A stretch of 64,000 bases of DNA, taken from contig NC_068986.1 in the NCBI RefSeq assembly GCF_001194135.2, positions 53,694,085 to 53,758,084 on the forward strand. Direction: 5' to 3'. Made by a program: the position numbers and the translations under genes. Positions 1-11,461 of this stretch are shown piece by piece. This stretch comes from Octopus bimaculoides (Eukaryota). Under the pieces are notes generated by a model. That model was not told the DNA's origin. It saw nothing but the letters and a program-made list of their open reading frames with translations, and did not search any database. Every line of letters starts with the position of its first letter. Position 1 is the first letter of the stretch.

Positions 1-1325
1 ACTGAGAGTACAGAAAGGAAAACCATCACACAAAGAACGTTGAATATAGCAACAAAGAAGGTAGAAATAGCAGCCGTAGAAGCGGTCGAGGAGTGCTTAA
101 AAGAGATAAAGGAGATAACCACGTTCTAGACCAGAGGACGAAAGTTCGGCACGGTAGAGGTGCGCTTCGCCAATGAAAACGAAGCTAAGAAATACTCCAC
201 CGTAGCCTTGAAATCGGCGGAGTGGGCACTGTTACCTACTTACTGTGGAAAACGTGCGGCCAGAGTAAGGATAGGGAGAGTGCCCCCTGAAATTGACGAG
301 GCATGGCTTGTGGCAGCCATCCTCTACAATACAGAAGATGAAGCGGAAGTCCTGAAAATGTCGAAGACTGCGAAGTTCAATTGGTGGGGATAACGGTAAT
401 GGTCTATATCGGCTTACCAGACCGCCATAAGATTGTTGAAGAGCTCGTTTAACCAAACTGAGAATTATAGTGGAAGGTAGACCTCCAATATGTTTTTCAT
501 GTGGAGTAAGAGGTCACATGAAAGCCAAGTGTCCCCAGTAACACGAACAGGAGGAGGCGGAGAAGGAGAGTCGGGAAGAAGAGATTGTAACGGCAGAGGA
601 GGAAAAGGAGTTTACATTGGTAGAAAGGCAGAGAAAAAACAGCGAATCTCCACCAAAAAAGAAAAGGAAGGTGGAGGAAAATGAGAACGAAAAAGAAAAA
701 ATCAGATATCAATGGGAGATCGAACGCAAAGACCAGAACCTTCAACTAGTAAGGAGGAGAAAAGACGGAAGTAGAAACTAGAAAGTGAGAAAGAGGAACA
801 AATACCGATAGAAATACTAACAACAGAGAGTGAGGTGATACAGGCGAGAAAGCCACCGAAGAGGAGATACGAAGGAATTCTGGTTGCATACGAAAAGAGC
901 ATGGAGATAGAGAAAAAGGATTGCCAAGATGAAAGGCGTTATAAGAATTATGCTGGCCGAAAAGGAGGGGAAACAGAATGAGAAAGCAGTGTTGCTGGAA
1001 GATGAGAGAGCAGGAAGATTGAGAGAAATATTCGGAGACAGGATAGAAATAACAGCATTACGATTTAGATACGACGAACTACCATCAGTGACAGATTTCC
1101 AGGAGTTAATAGAATTTATGGTGTGAACACGATACAAACTGGAAAAACAATTCTTGATGTAAAAACAGTAAAATGGAACTTTCTACTTTGGTAGGTAGGA
1201 AAGCCATTTCATTCTCATTATTTTCATAATTCATTCGCTAATTGTTTGTATGTACCCCATGTTCTGTGTTGTCTGTCTTTGTGGTGTCTTTTCAAAACTC
1301 AGGCTTTATGCCTATAGTAAAGAAA
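1..1325 (+). mobile_element. ORF1/Gag-only retroelement copy 1 (RRM-like + CCHC), decayed, 5' end outside the window
   Basis: Frame +1 reads ...TRGRKFGTVEVRFANENEAKKYSTVALKSAEWALLPTYCGKRAARVRIGRVPPEID, with stops at 127-129 and 391-393. Frame +2 carries the zinc knuckle CFSCGVRGHMKAKC at 491-532. A Glu/Lys-rich linker follows, then the C-terminal RLREIFGD segment (929-1126), a 3' UTR with AGGC-TTTAT-GCCT (1301-1313) and AGTAAA. Confidence 0.8.
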
Positions 1326-1629
1326 CCCATTGTCAACTGAAATTTCTTTTTTTAATAATTGGTAATGGTGTTATCTCAACAATGTCCTCTTTCTGATTAT
1401 CGGTTATATCAACATTTTATCCTAATTAAAAAGCCCTTTCCAGTAATGGTCTATAATCACACGACAAAACTGTCGAAATTTACAATGAGAACTTTTATTT
1501 CTCAGCCTACCTTGTTAGCTAAAAAGAAACTTCTGAAACACAAATGAAGCATTGAAAATCTGAATTTGTTATATTCCGCTAATGTATTCGAGGGATACCT
1601 TTTTTTTTTCTTTATGTAACATAAATTAG

Positions 1630-1672
<43 letters not shown>

Positions 1673-3407
1673 GCTTTCATACTTTTCGTTTCTTCTTCAG
1701 CTTGATCCCAGCAGCGTCGGTAATTTCCTGGTGGTATCTATATTGCTAGAAGCTAATGGTTCTAAGAACATATTCAGTCAATTGGTTTGTACGACTGCTA
1801 TTTTAGCGAACTTTATCGAGGACAACTGTACGTTGAAACCAGCTACATTTTTTTGTGTCGATAAATCAGTCGGAAAATTTGTCCATTGCTTTCAGCAGTT
1901 GGCTTCAAAGACCAGATTCATTCCAATCTGACGACCCGAAGAGAGATTTTGTCTACTAATTGCTTGGATAACCTCAGTTTATTCGAAATACTGAAACTCG
2001 CTATATTAGACATAAGTGTTTGTATTAGTTAGCAGAATAGTTTCTTTGAAGCATTTACAGTCGGCCATTTGATATTCAGTCGATATGTTAATAATTTTAT
2101 GTGAAACAGCATAACTAATATTCTAACAATTGAATGTTTTGAAAAATACTTTCAATTTCGTTCTTACGTGGGTACTTCTACAACTACTACCATTTCAGCA
2201 AGTCTCTAGTTCAAATTGTCATGAAATCTTTGTGAAAGCTGGAGTTTTGTTGTACATTTTCCTGTTTAGTTATTTATAATTTTAACTGTTTCAAAACAAT
2301 CTTTTGAGATTGATTGAATATGCAGAGACTTAAAATTTTTCTTCGCAAATAATTCTTAAGTATTGGTGACAATTAATTTTAGCCAATTTCTTATAACACC
2401 TGTTTTTCTAAACCGAAGTTATTTGTGAAATGTTTTTAGGCTGCAAACTAACCAGATGGCTTTCTTTTTAACGTGAGGTAGGACTTGGATACGTTTGTTT
2501 TTTTTTAATTTAAATTTTGTATTTTAAATTCCCTTTGTTATCGAAGTCTTCCACATTACTCGTACTATATACTTGCAATGGATATGTGTAATAAGCTTAC
2601 TCAAATATCCAGGTCGCAGTATATGTATTGGGCATATTTGGTATTTGCACGAATTTGATACATCTATTTTTAATGTAGTAAGTTTGTATTTAATATATAT
2701 CTATAATATTGTCAGTAAAGAGGGATTCAAAAATGCAAAAGAACAGGCATTCTAACTTTTGAAAACCAACTCCACCCCCCCACCCACCAAACTTTTTTTT
2801 TTTTTAGCAACGATTAAATTTTGGCGTGGTCGTCATTATCTATTTTATATACACACACACACACACACATATGATTTACAGTACTCATTGAGTGCAGGTT
2901 CTGAATAATGCTTCTTTGCAGTGAATTTATAACCTAACTTCTTAATGTACAATGAAGTGTTAATTAGGAAGCTACGAGTATTTAATACTAAAATATCGAC
3001 TCCAAGTGTGTTTAATTAGTAGATTTAGAGCACATATCAGCACGCGTAAATTATTCTTTAACATAATTAGCTCTCCACTTCTCAAATTACATTAGTGTGA
3101 CTGACTCTATTGGTGCTAATTACTCTTGAGAAAGCATAAATATTACAATCTCGCCCTCTAAAAGAAATCAGGACCATATCTATTACAATTTTCCAAATAC
3201 GTGGTCACGTTTAAGATTATTTTAAACTGTTGCTGAACTTAGCTCCACTATCCTTGCCTGATTTGGTACTTATCTTGGCACTGTTGCCAAAGGTGTTGAA
3301 TCTGAAGTTGTTGAGTCCCTAAATTATATGAAGTTGGAGGTCCTTTTAAAAAGAAAAAAAACCTTGCCAGATGGTCTTTAAGAGAAAATTAGCAGAATTT
3401 GTTATTG

Positions 3408-3514
3408 GAGACTCGGCGAAAGTAAAGAATACGTACACCCTGTGTATAGGGGTTGTGGTTTTTGTTACGCCGAAAACAAGTGGTGTACGTATTCTTTAGA
3501 GCCGCCGAAGTCTC
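3408..3514. repeat. Small inverted-repeat (MITE-like) element
   Basis: Perfect 17-bp inverted repeat TAAAGAATACGTACACC (3423-3439) / GGTGTACGTATTCTTTA (3482-3498), extended by GAGACTCGGCG / CGCCGAAGTCTC. Confidence 0.5.
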
Positions 3515-3999
3515 TGCTGTCGAAGTCTCTGCTCTAAGCTGAAAGTTTGTTTAGCTTATGTTCATCTGATTCCGATTACATGGGCCAGAATTGTTAGGTG
3601 ATGGAGACTTGTTTCCAATTACTAATCACTGTTTACAGAAGTTTGACATTATCTCAGATATTCTAAACTTCAAATTTAAGAACTACAGTCTTTCAACTTT
3701 AATTTTTGGCAAAAAATTTCCTTTCTTTTTTTTCTTTTTTTTAGCAAGCAAAAGTTCTTTCATTCTTCGGTTATAATAAGTACCCACCAGGTATTACGAT
3801 CATTTCAATCGATTTTTTATACTTTCAAAATCTGTGATCTGTTAATCTTGGAAATATATTTGCTTGGACTTCATCAAATTACCCTTCGGTCATGACTGAT
3901 CATGGAATATATACTTGATGGAGTGTTATCACTTAGCAATAGCAACATTACTTGAGATTAAAAGACGAAAGCTGGAGTGACATTCTCCGTGGTAGAGGT

Positions 4000-4390
4000 C
4001 GCATCTGTATGACTTCAGATAGCGATTTAGGATTTTCCTTCGCCGCCCTCCGTCAGCCACAAAGCTCTCTCAAGAATGTGAATTATTACCAAGTGACTTT
4101 CATGTAGACCTACCTCCTTTTTAGCGCCAATTGTGACGGCCAGTTCCCCGGGATGCCAACTATCCATGGAACCTTTGGGAAGCAGCCTTCTTCAATATAG
4201 CGACATGGCCCAACCAGCACAATCTTTGCTGCTTGGGCATTGTACATTCTGGGAGGTCCAGTATGAGACAGGACCACTGCGTTTGTTACTCTTTCTAGGA
4301 TATAGTCAGGATACGACTGATGCACCTTAAGCTGAAGGTGTTCAATCTTCTCAACTGTTCGTGGGGCATATCTCACTATCGTACAGAATT
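4000..4390 (-). mobile_element. RTE (BovB-like) LINE, 3' ORF2 fragment
   Basis: Frameshifted translation RLNTFSLRCISRILTIS*..RVTNAVVLSHTG..KQQRLCWLGHV matches the RTE C-terminal motifs RLNTFHLRCLRRIL..W.DRVTN and RRLRWLGHV. Confidence 0.8.
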
Positions 4391-4832
4391 GGATTGATCG
4401 AGATGAACTTACAGAAAAGCTATCGCTCATTTTATCACAATTCGATATTAACTGATATTTCATGTATCGATAGGAGTGGTTTTTGATCCATTATCATCTA
4501 ATTATCGGCTGTAATTGGCGAACTCCGATTATTGGAATGCATATTCTGGATATTTACCAAACTGTGATAGCTTAGGTGATGGTTCCAAGTTTCTTAGCTT
4601 CAATGCTGAAATTTGAACAATGAAATGTGACTATAACGCTGATTAACAGCACGAGTTGTATTGCACAAATATATATTGTGGGTTCTTCTCCTTGTATACA
4701 TGATGCCAATTTTTACTTTATAGTAAAACACATTGACTTTGGCATGTCATTTCTTCTCATCTATATTTCTGAACTATTATATTCTACCGCTTAAATCATT
4801 TACTTTTGCGTATTAACATTTTATAAATGAAA

Positions 4833-4990
4833 TGCAGCGAACTGGCGGAATCGTTAGCAAAATGCTTAGCGGCATTTCGTCCGTCTTTACAATCCGAGTT
4901 CAAATATCCACTGAAGTCGACTTAACTTTCATCCTTTCGGAGTTAAAATAAACACCAGTTGAAAACTGGAGTCGACTTAATCTCTCAGCC
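4833..4990 (+). mobile_element. tRNA-derived SINE family S2 (Deu/Nin-like central domain)
   Basis: A box TGGCGGAATCGTTAG, B box GAGTTCAAAT, then TTTCATCCTTTCGGAG...AAATAAACACCAG. Related copies lie at about 22668-22840(+), 24195-24340(-), 24565-24690(-), 48080-48310(-) and 58830-59400(-, stacked). The domain name is from recollection. Confidence 0.7.
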
Positions 4991-5865
4991 CCTTCACTGA
5001 CCATCGCTTTCTTCTGTATCTATGAAACTTCCTCTCTAGTCAATGGTTATGCAAAGCAGAAAGGCTCACCGTACCGTCTTCCCCAGTCATTTCCCATCCC
5101 TCCTTTACGGAAAAGGCCGATTAGATGTCAACTGAAGCACATGCTTTTGTTTACAAGAATTATAATCACAACGAAGGATAGCCTATCGAACTTGTACTCC
5201 TTTAATAGATGTACGCAATCCAAATGCTATGGTAATTTTTCGATATCCAGATCAATTTGCCACATTTCATATCCGCTTTTAAACTTTGGGATTTTTTTCT
5301 TTTTGCTCCTCATTTAATAACGGGCTGCAATGCCCCCCCCCCTCCTTGTACGTTATCAAATTTATTCGTGTCCACTGATCTTATGTCTTTCCACTTCCTA
5401 ATTTTCCTCGCACAGTTTATTGTTTGTACTGTGAATACATTATAGCATAGTTGTTTTTCTTTTCTTCGGGAGGTGGGGAAGTTGAAAGGCTTGTGTCCGT
5501 ATGTATTTGTGTCGGATGGGGACGGGTAGGTTCAGCGTCTGTAGGGGGCGGGTGGGAGGNNNNNNNNNNNNNNNNNNNNNNNNNNNNNNNNNNNNNNNNN
5601 NNNNNNNNNNNNNNNNNNNNNNNNNNNNNNNNNNNNNNNNNNNNNNNNNNNNNNNNNNNNNNNNNNNNNNNNNNNNNNNNNNNNNNNNNNNNNNNNNNNN
5701 NNNNNNNNNNNNNNNNNNNNNNNNNNNNNNNNNNNNNNNNNNNNNNNNNNNNNNNNNNNNNNNNNNNNNNNNNNNNNNNNNNNNNNNNNNNNNNNNNNNN
5801 NNNNNNNNNNNNNNNNNNNNNNNNNNNNNNNNNNNNNNNNNNNNNNNNNNNNNNNNNNNNNNNNN

Positions 5866-6670
5866 NTCAATATTTTATAAATTGACAACTTTTCTATAGT
5901 GTAGTAATTATAACCAATATATTCCCCTTATGATATTGGCCATTATTAGTGTAACTCTGTTAATCGACTCTTTTGTTTCGTACTTCCTAAACTTATTTAA
6001 ATTGTGGATTTCTTATCGAGTTGCTGTGCTTATCTCCCACTGTCTTCTAGTGTACTGTTCCAAAATCGAAGTTTTGTACTAGTTACGGTGCTTTTATTTC
6101 ATCGTTTGTCTGTGGGATAAAAACTCTTGTTGAAAGGTTAAGTTGTCGGATAAATGCGACTCTTATCGTACTAGATTGGAAAATAGGGTGTGAAGTGGGG
6201 TTAGGGTCATTTATATCTGTACTATTTTCTATTCTATCATTTCCATAGTTACTATCTCTTTGGTTGTTGGTGGCGGTGGTGTTTCTATGTGTATTGTTGT
6301 CAGTAATGTTTGTGTTGTCTTCTATGTTTTCATGGTTGTGGTTACCATCCCAATTATTATTGTTATTCTTATAGCTACGATTATTATCAACCTTGTTACT
6401 AGTAGTCTTCTCATTGTAGGTGTGGGTATCATTATTCATGTTACTGTTGTCTTTGTCACACCAGCTAGTGTTGGTGGTGGTTTTATCGCTGATTCAAATG
6501 TTGAGGTTTGTGGTCTTTGTATCTTTCGTTGTGTTGACCTCTCCGATCTCATTTTTTATTGCTGCTGCTATTCTGGACCCTTAGTTTTTGCGTGCTTATC
6601 TTTGTATTCGTTCTTTAGTGTCGTTATTGTTACTGTCGTTCTTAATGGTATCAATATTTGGTATGTTGAC
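5866..6670 (-). mobile_element. Unclassified repeat with an Asn/Thr-rich degenerate ORF (minus copy)
   Basis: Its reverse complement matches 7235-7900 over hundreds of bases (e.g. TATCTCCCACTGTCTTCTAGTGTACTGTTCCAAAATC). ORFs 6083-6439 and 7299-7631 are homologous low-complexity sequences. Confidence 0.6.
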
Positions 6671-6671
6671 C

Positions 6672-6882
6672 CTCTTTTACTTGTTTCAGTCATTTGACTG
6701 TGGCCATGCTGGAGCACCGCCTTTAGTCGAGCAAATCGACCCCAGAACTTATTCTTTATAAGACCAGTACTTATTCTATCACTCTTTTGCTGAACTGCTA
6801 AGTTACGGGGACGTAAACACACCACCATTGGTTGTCAAGCGATGGGGGGGGGGAACAAACACACACACAAACAAATACACAC

Positions 6883-6916
<34 letters not shown>

Positions 6917-7074
6917 GACTGGCTTCTTTGTTTCCATCTACCAAATCCACTCACAAGGCTTTGGTCGGCCCGAGGCTATAGTAGAAGACACTTGCCCAAG
7001 GTACCACGCAGTAGGACTGAACCTGGAACCATGTGGTTGGTAAGCAAGCTACTTACCACACATCCACTCCCGCC
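6672..7074 (-). mobile_element. tRNA-derived CORE-type SINE family S1 (octopus OR-like), full length
   Basis: Head GGCGGGAGTGGATGTGTGGTAAG...GGTTCAGTCC, CORE-like ACCTTGGGCAAGTG, internal (TA)n/(CA)n. Other copies at about 23960-24100(-), 26397-26765(+), 27262-27520(-), 35838-35970(+), 40560-40890(-), 49678-50098(-) and 53975-54125(+). Confidence 0.85.
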
Positions 7075-7234
7075 TACATTTTTTTTCTGTTGTTGCTGTT
7101 ATTCTTGACCCTTACCTTAATATTCTTGTATCTTTGTGTGTTCATGTTGTTGCCATCGTGACTGTTTGTCGGTTTGCACCATAACAGTAACTTCACAAAC
7201 TGCTGCAACAGCATGAACAACATCATGTAGGCGA

Positions 7235-8000
7235 GAAGGTCAACGTACCAAATATTGGTACCATTAGGAACGACAATAACGGTAACGACAATGATACTGT
7301 GAAGAACGAACTCAAAAATACAGAACGACACAACGACGCAGTAAAAGAAATGAGGACGGAGATAAGGTCAACAGAACGAAAGATACAAAGATCACAAACC
7401 CCAACACCAGCAGCAGCGGGAGTGACAGACAACAGTAACATTAATAACGACAGCCACACCGACAATGAGAAAGCTAATAGTAACAAGACTGATAACAATC
7501 GTAACTATAACAGTAGGGATGATAATGACAGCATCATCGAAAACAACGATGAAAACATGCAAACCAACACATTACTGACAACAATAATACATATAGAAAC
7601 ATCACCGCCACCAAGACTACCAAGGAGATAGTAACTAGGGAAATCATAGGATAGAAAATAGTACAACAGATATGACACTAACCCGCTTCACATCCTATTT
7701 TTCAATCGATGTGATATGTCGTACGATATGAGTCGCATTTATCCGACAATCTTACCTTTCAACAAAAGAATTTGTATCTCACATCAAACGACGAAATAGA
7801 AGCACGCTTCACCATAACTAGTACCAAACTTACTGATTTTGGAACAGTACACTAGAAGACAGTGGGAGATAGGGACAGCAACTCAATAAGAAATCCGCAA
7901 GTGGCCTGCATTATTTAAATTGTATAAATATTCAACTCGTCAATTATCTGTTGAAAGGTTTCGGCTGTTGGGGGTGGGTGGAATATTCTGGAAACACGAC
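7235..8000 (+). mobile_element. Unclassified repeat with an Asn/Thr-rich degenerate ORF (plus copy)
   Basis: Inverted homolog of 5866-6670. ORF 7299-7631 has a coiled-coil-like start (AVKEMRTEIRSTERKIQ) followed by an N/D-rich linker. Confidence 0.6.
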
Positions 8001-8063
8001 GATCACTTTAGTCTCACCACAAACTCAAAGCAATTGTTTGTTTTTTTAAACGAGGACAACTGC

Positions 8064-9517
8064 TGATTCTTTATTCACAAAGGGATTAAGCAGAGGAGAC
8101 TGTATAGGACATTACAAAGTGGGGTGAAATCGAATTAAAAATGAATGATTATATAAGGAAAAAGTTTGAATGATGGTTACCGGGCCCCACGACCCAGGTA
8201 ACATCATTGAACATTTTTTTTTTACAATGTACATAAATTTTCAGTTAGTTTTACTTTGCTTGAAGTCGCTACAGTTTTCATCATTTCTTTTCTTTTTTGA
8301 GAATTTATTTCTCTCTGCAGTTACTTGCTCATGTGTGTTTGTGTATTCGTGATTTTTCACTTTTGTTTATGGGAGGGAGAGAACGAGCGTTTTTCTTCCT
8401 CCCAGCAACTTTCCATTCACCATCACTTACCTCTGTAGACGTTGATATTAACGGTGTCATCTTTTGTCGTGACCATTTCTCTCTCCATCTCCTGCTTCTC
8501 CCCTGGGACCTCCTCTTCACCTTTCCTCCTGCTGCACACTGGCCTCCCTCTGACTTTCTTCCTGTGCTTCAGGTTGTAGGGCTGGGGGGGGCACGTTTTA
8601 CTTGTGTGCCCCGTCTGTCTGCACTCTAATTCTGCCCTGCACGGTGACTTTTAACTTCGTTTCATCCGGAAGAATGACGAATTCCGGTATACCATCAATG
8701 TCCGCTGGTATGGCTTGAATCGTTGCTCTTAAGCCTCTGCCACACCAATTCTGAACACTTTTCTCCTCCAAACTCCCAGTGTTACCTCTTTTCTTGGCGA
8801 AGGCGGCTGCCAGGAGCTATGTCGGTTTAATTTCCCATGCGAACCCTTGTATCGTTATTTTTGTTTTGCCGAAGTATGTCGGCAAAAGAGCCAGTTCCTT
8901 GGTCTGCAGGGTGATTGCTAAGTAGACCTTGGCATCATTCTCAGCTATAAACTGAGCCTCACCCTACCATATTTCCTTTCACGTCTCACAGATGCTAGTG
9001 TGTACATAATAGGCTTCAATGCTTTCCATCTCCTCTATCTTCTTAGTCTTCAGCGACAGCGTCCTGTAAATCAGTTTTGCTCTTCATTTCCTCCATTACC
9101 TCTTTGGTGGGAGCTAACCTTACGTTAGCTCCCTCCCCGCGAAAAATTATTTGAAATTTCTTTATGGCCTCTGGCTTGATGTTGGACCGTTTCAAGCATA
9201 TCCTTCCGTGCTTTCTCCTGAATCGCTGGTGTATCCCAAGTCACCGTCGCTCTTCCAGAGCTCGTACATATCATCTTCCATTTTGTGTAGGCACACCCTA
9301 TACGAAGTGTAAATAATTCGCCGCTAAACGGAGGAAAACAGCAGGAAACAAGCCTGTAAAGGCCAACAATATGTCGCAAAACACTAGCAGTTCTTTGACA
9401 ATTTTTCAACAAAGGTCGTCCCAAAAGCGAAAACCTTCAACAAAAATCAACGGTAGTTCAACAATTGACTTTCGATAATAAATATGAATAACCGTTACAC
9501 GCGATGAAATCAACTGT
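8064..9517 (-). mobile_element. ORF1/Gag-only retroelement copy 2, apparently full length (~1.45 kb), with a 14-bp flanking direct repeat
   Basis: ACGAGGACAACTGC occurs at both 8050-8063 and 9518-9531. Candidate ATG at 9281-9279. The decayed ORF reads LIYRTLSLKTKK..RKYGRV..QFIAENDAKVY..ELALLPTYFGK, then the knuckle remnant CRQTGHTSKTC and EWKVAGRKKN. AATAAA at 8075-8070. Confidence 0.8.
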
Positions 9518-9531
9518 ACGAGGACAACTGC

Positions 9532-9790
9532 AATATCACTTTTCCATTCTCAGTTATAAATATATTGCATTCAATATTAAAAGGTGGTACGCCATATGCT
9601 TCAAGAATATGGAACGTTCTTTTTCTATGTATGGAATTAAATATCTTGAAAAATAATGAATATTGATGCTAATGGCAAATTCTTTCAAACTCTTGATGAT
9701 TCTCCTTAGAACTAAAATGTTTGATAGTGGTGCAGGATTTTTGAAAACCACATGAAGTCCTGCTCAGTAAAGGGTCTATACATGCTTGGA
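9532..9790 (-). mobile_element. RTE LINE reverse transcriptase fragment
   Basis: CGFQKSCTT..LSNILVLRRIIKSLKEF resembles the RTE RT segment NGFR.GRST..QIL.LRRIIE. Confidence 0.6.
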
Positions 9791-10589
9791 TACGATTTAG
9801 TATCAGTTTATCATATAATTTTGATGCAATAGTTTAAGCTAATACCCCTCTGGTGTGAAAGCATGGAAGCAGTGGTAGTCTTCGGAAGAAAGCACTTACT
9901 TAACCAATACCACCAATTGTAGCATTGGAGTTCTTTATTATAGTCGACGATGTAATGAGTGTAAAATCTGAGTAAAGCTGATAGTATTTTATCTATACCT
10001 TTTTGTATGAACCTATCTTCTTGAACGTGTACAATATCTAAATTATGCTCTATTGCTGAGATTAGAAATTCATTTATGCGGGAGTCTTTTGTTATTGTGT
10101 GAGCATTGTGTTGTCACTGAATGCGTTTTATTGTAATTTAAGTTTTCTAGGTTTCTATAAAGAATTAGCATCAATACCCACCTTTCCAATTGGATTTGGG
10201 ATGGGCATGTCATATTTTGGAGAATACGATTTATCCTTTCAACTTGCCAGAAATCTAGAATTGTTAGAGGGTTTTTTACTCAAGTGTTTTTAGTGTCATA
10301 GCTTTGTGTGCAAAAATAGTATTAGTTGGTTGAAAGTCCTCGCTGAATGGCTTTTATTTCAGAGATTTCCTTCTAGATCGCTTGTCTTCACTACGACTGT
10401 GGAGCACCGTCTAGCCTTGCAGATTTTAATGTTACCTTCTAGATATTATACGGGATGGCCGTTAATTCTCCCGAATTTCTTTGCCCTATCTTGGTTTTTT
10501 CAATGTGTCTAAAAATCCTCCTCACTAAGAACGCTTGATGGGGTTGCCGGTTTAGTCGCCGATGACCCATCTATGCAACAGATTGTACT

Positions 10590-11440
10590 GGGCACATGTT
10601 ACCAGTAGCACTCGAGCGATCTCGAAACTATGAAAACGCAGCCCAGGTGATAACCTCTGATGGCAAAACCTATTTTTTCAGTATTTTAGCTGGTATATTT
10701 CAAGGTGATACATTAGCTCCATTTTCGCTTTGGCTTATTTATTGAAAGTATTTAAAATATCTAGAGATAATGGAATTGTTATAGAACTTAGAAAGGAGAC
10801 CAAGTGTCTAGAGATACTAGATACGATTTGGTTTATAACGACACTGCACTGATCAATTAATATCGCAGCTAACGAGAAATAAATTACGTTGTATTGAAGA
10901 TACAGCGAATTTAATTGGTTTACATCTTAATGCAAGAAAAATAGACGTAAAATCTTTTACTGGTCAAACCATTAACCGAGTGGATCAATTTAAATTTTTA
11001 GGGAAGGATGATTTTAATGTAAGGAAAGGATTGGCATGGGCTGCAATAAAGAAGCTAGACAAAATATGAAAGTCTAACATGGACAGAAAACTGAAACTTA
11101 GACTTTTAAGGGCATGTGTAGAACGGATTCTGCTATACAACTCAGTAACTTGGACTAGAGCATGAAACTTAAAAATGAAAATTGATATACTCTAGCTATT
11201 GAGAATTTTTAACGCCAGTTGGAAAGATCATATAGCCAACAGGGAGTTATACAAAGGCCTTCCACGGCTATCACACCGTTCGGCAGAGAAGATTGCTCTT
11301 TTCTTACCTTTGTCACAAAGTAGGAAACCAACCGGTTTCTAAGCATTTACTTTGGTCGCAATCAGGAGGTCGGCGGCGCAGAGGTGCAGGAATGAAGATC
11401 TTTCCCAAAATGCTTAGCAAGGATACAGACGTCTGAGATA
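10590..11440 (+). mobile_element. RTE LINE, decayed RT and C-terminal region
   Basis: Motifs ILAGIFQGDTLAP (~10680-10725), decayed YADD (Y.DTALI), DQFKFLG, GLAWAAIKKLDKI*KSNMDRKLKLRLLRACVERILLYNSVTWT and VRQRRL. Ends at a (TA)n tract. Confidence 0.85.
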
Positions 11441-11461
11441 TATATATATATATATATATAA

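Noticed and set aside
8064-9517. LTR-retrotransposon (gag-only TRIM/LARD) interpretation of the ORF1-only family
   Set aside because: No long terminal repeats, TG...CA ends, primer-binding site or polypurine tract were seen. The only terminal repeat is 14 bp.
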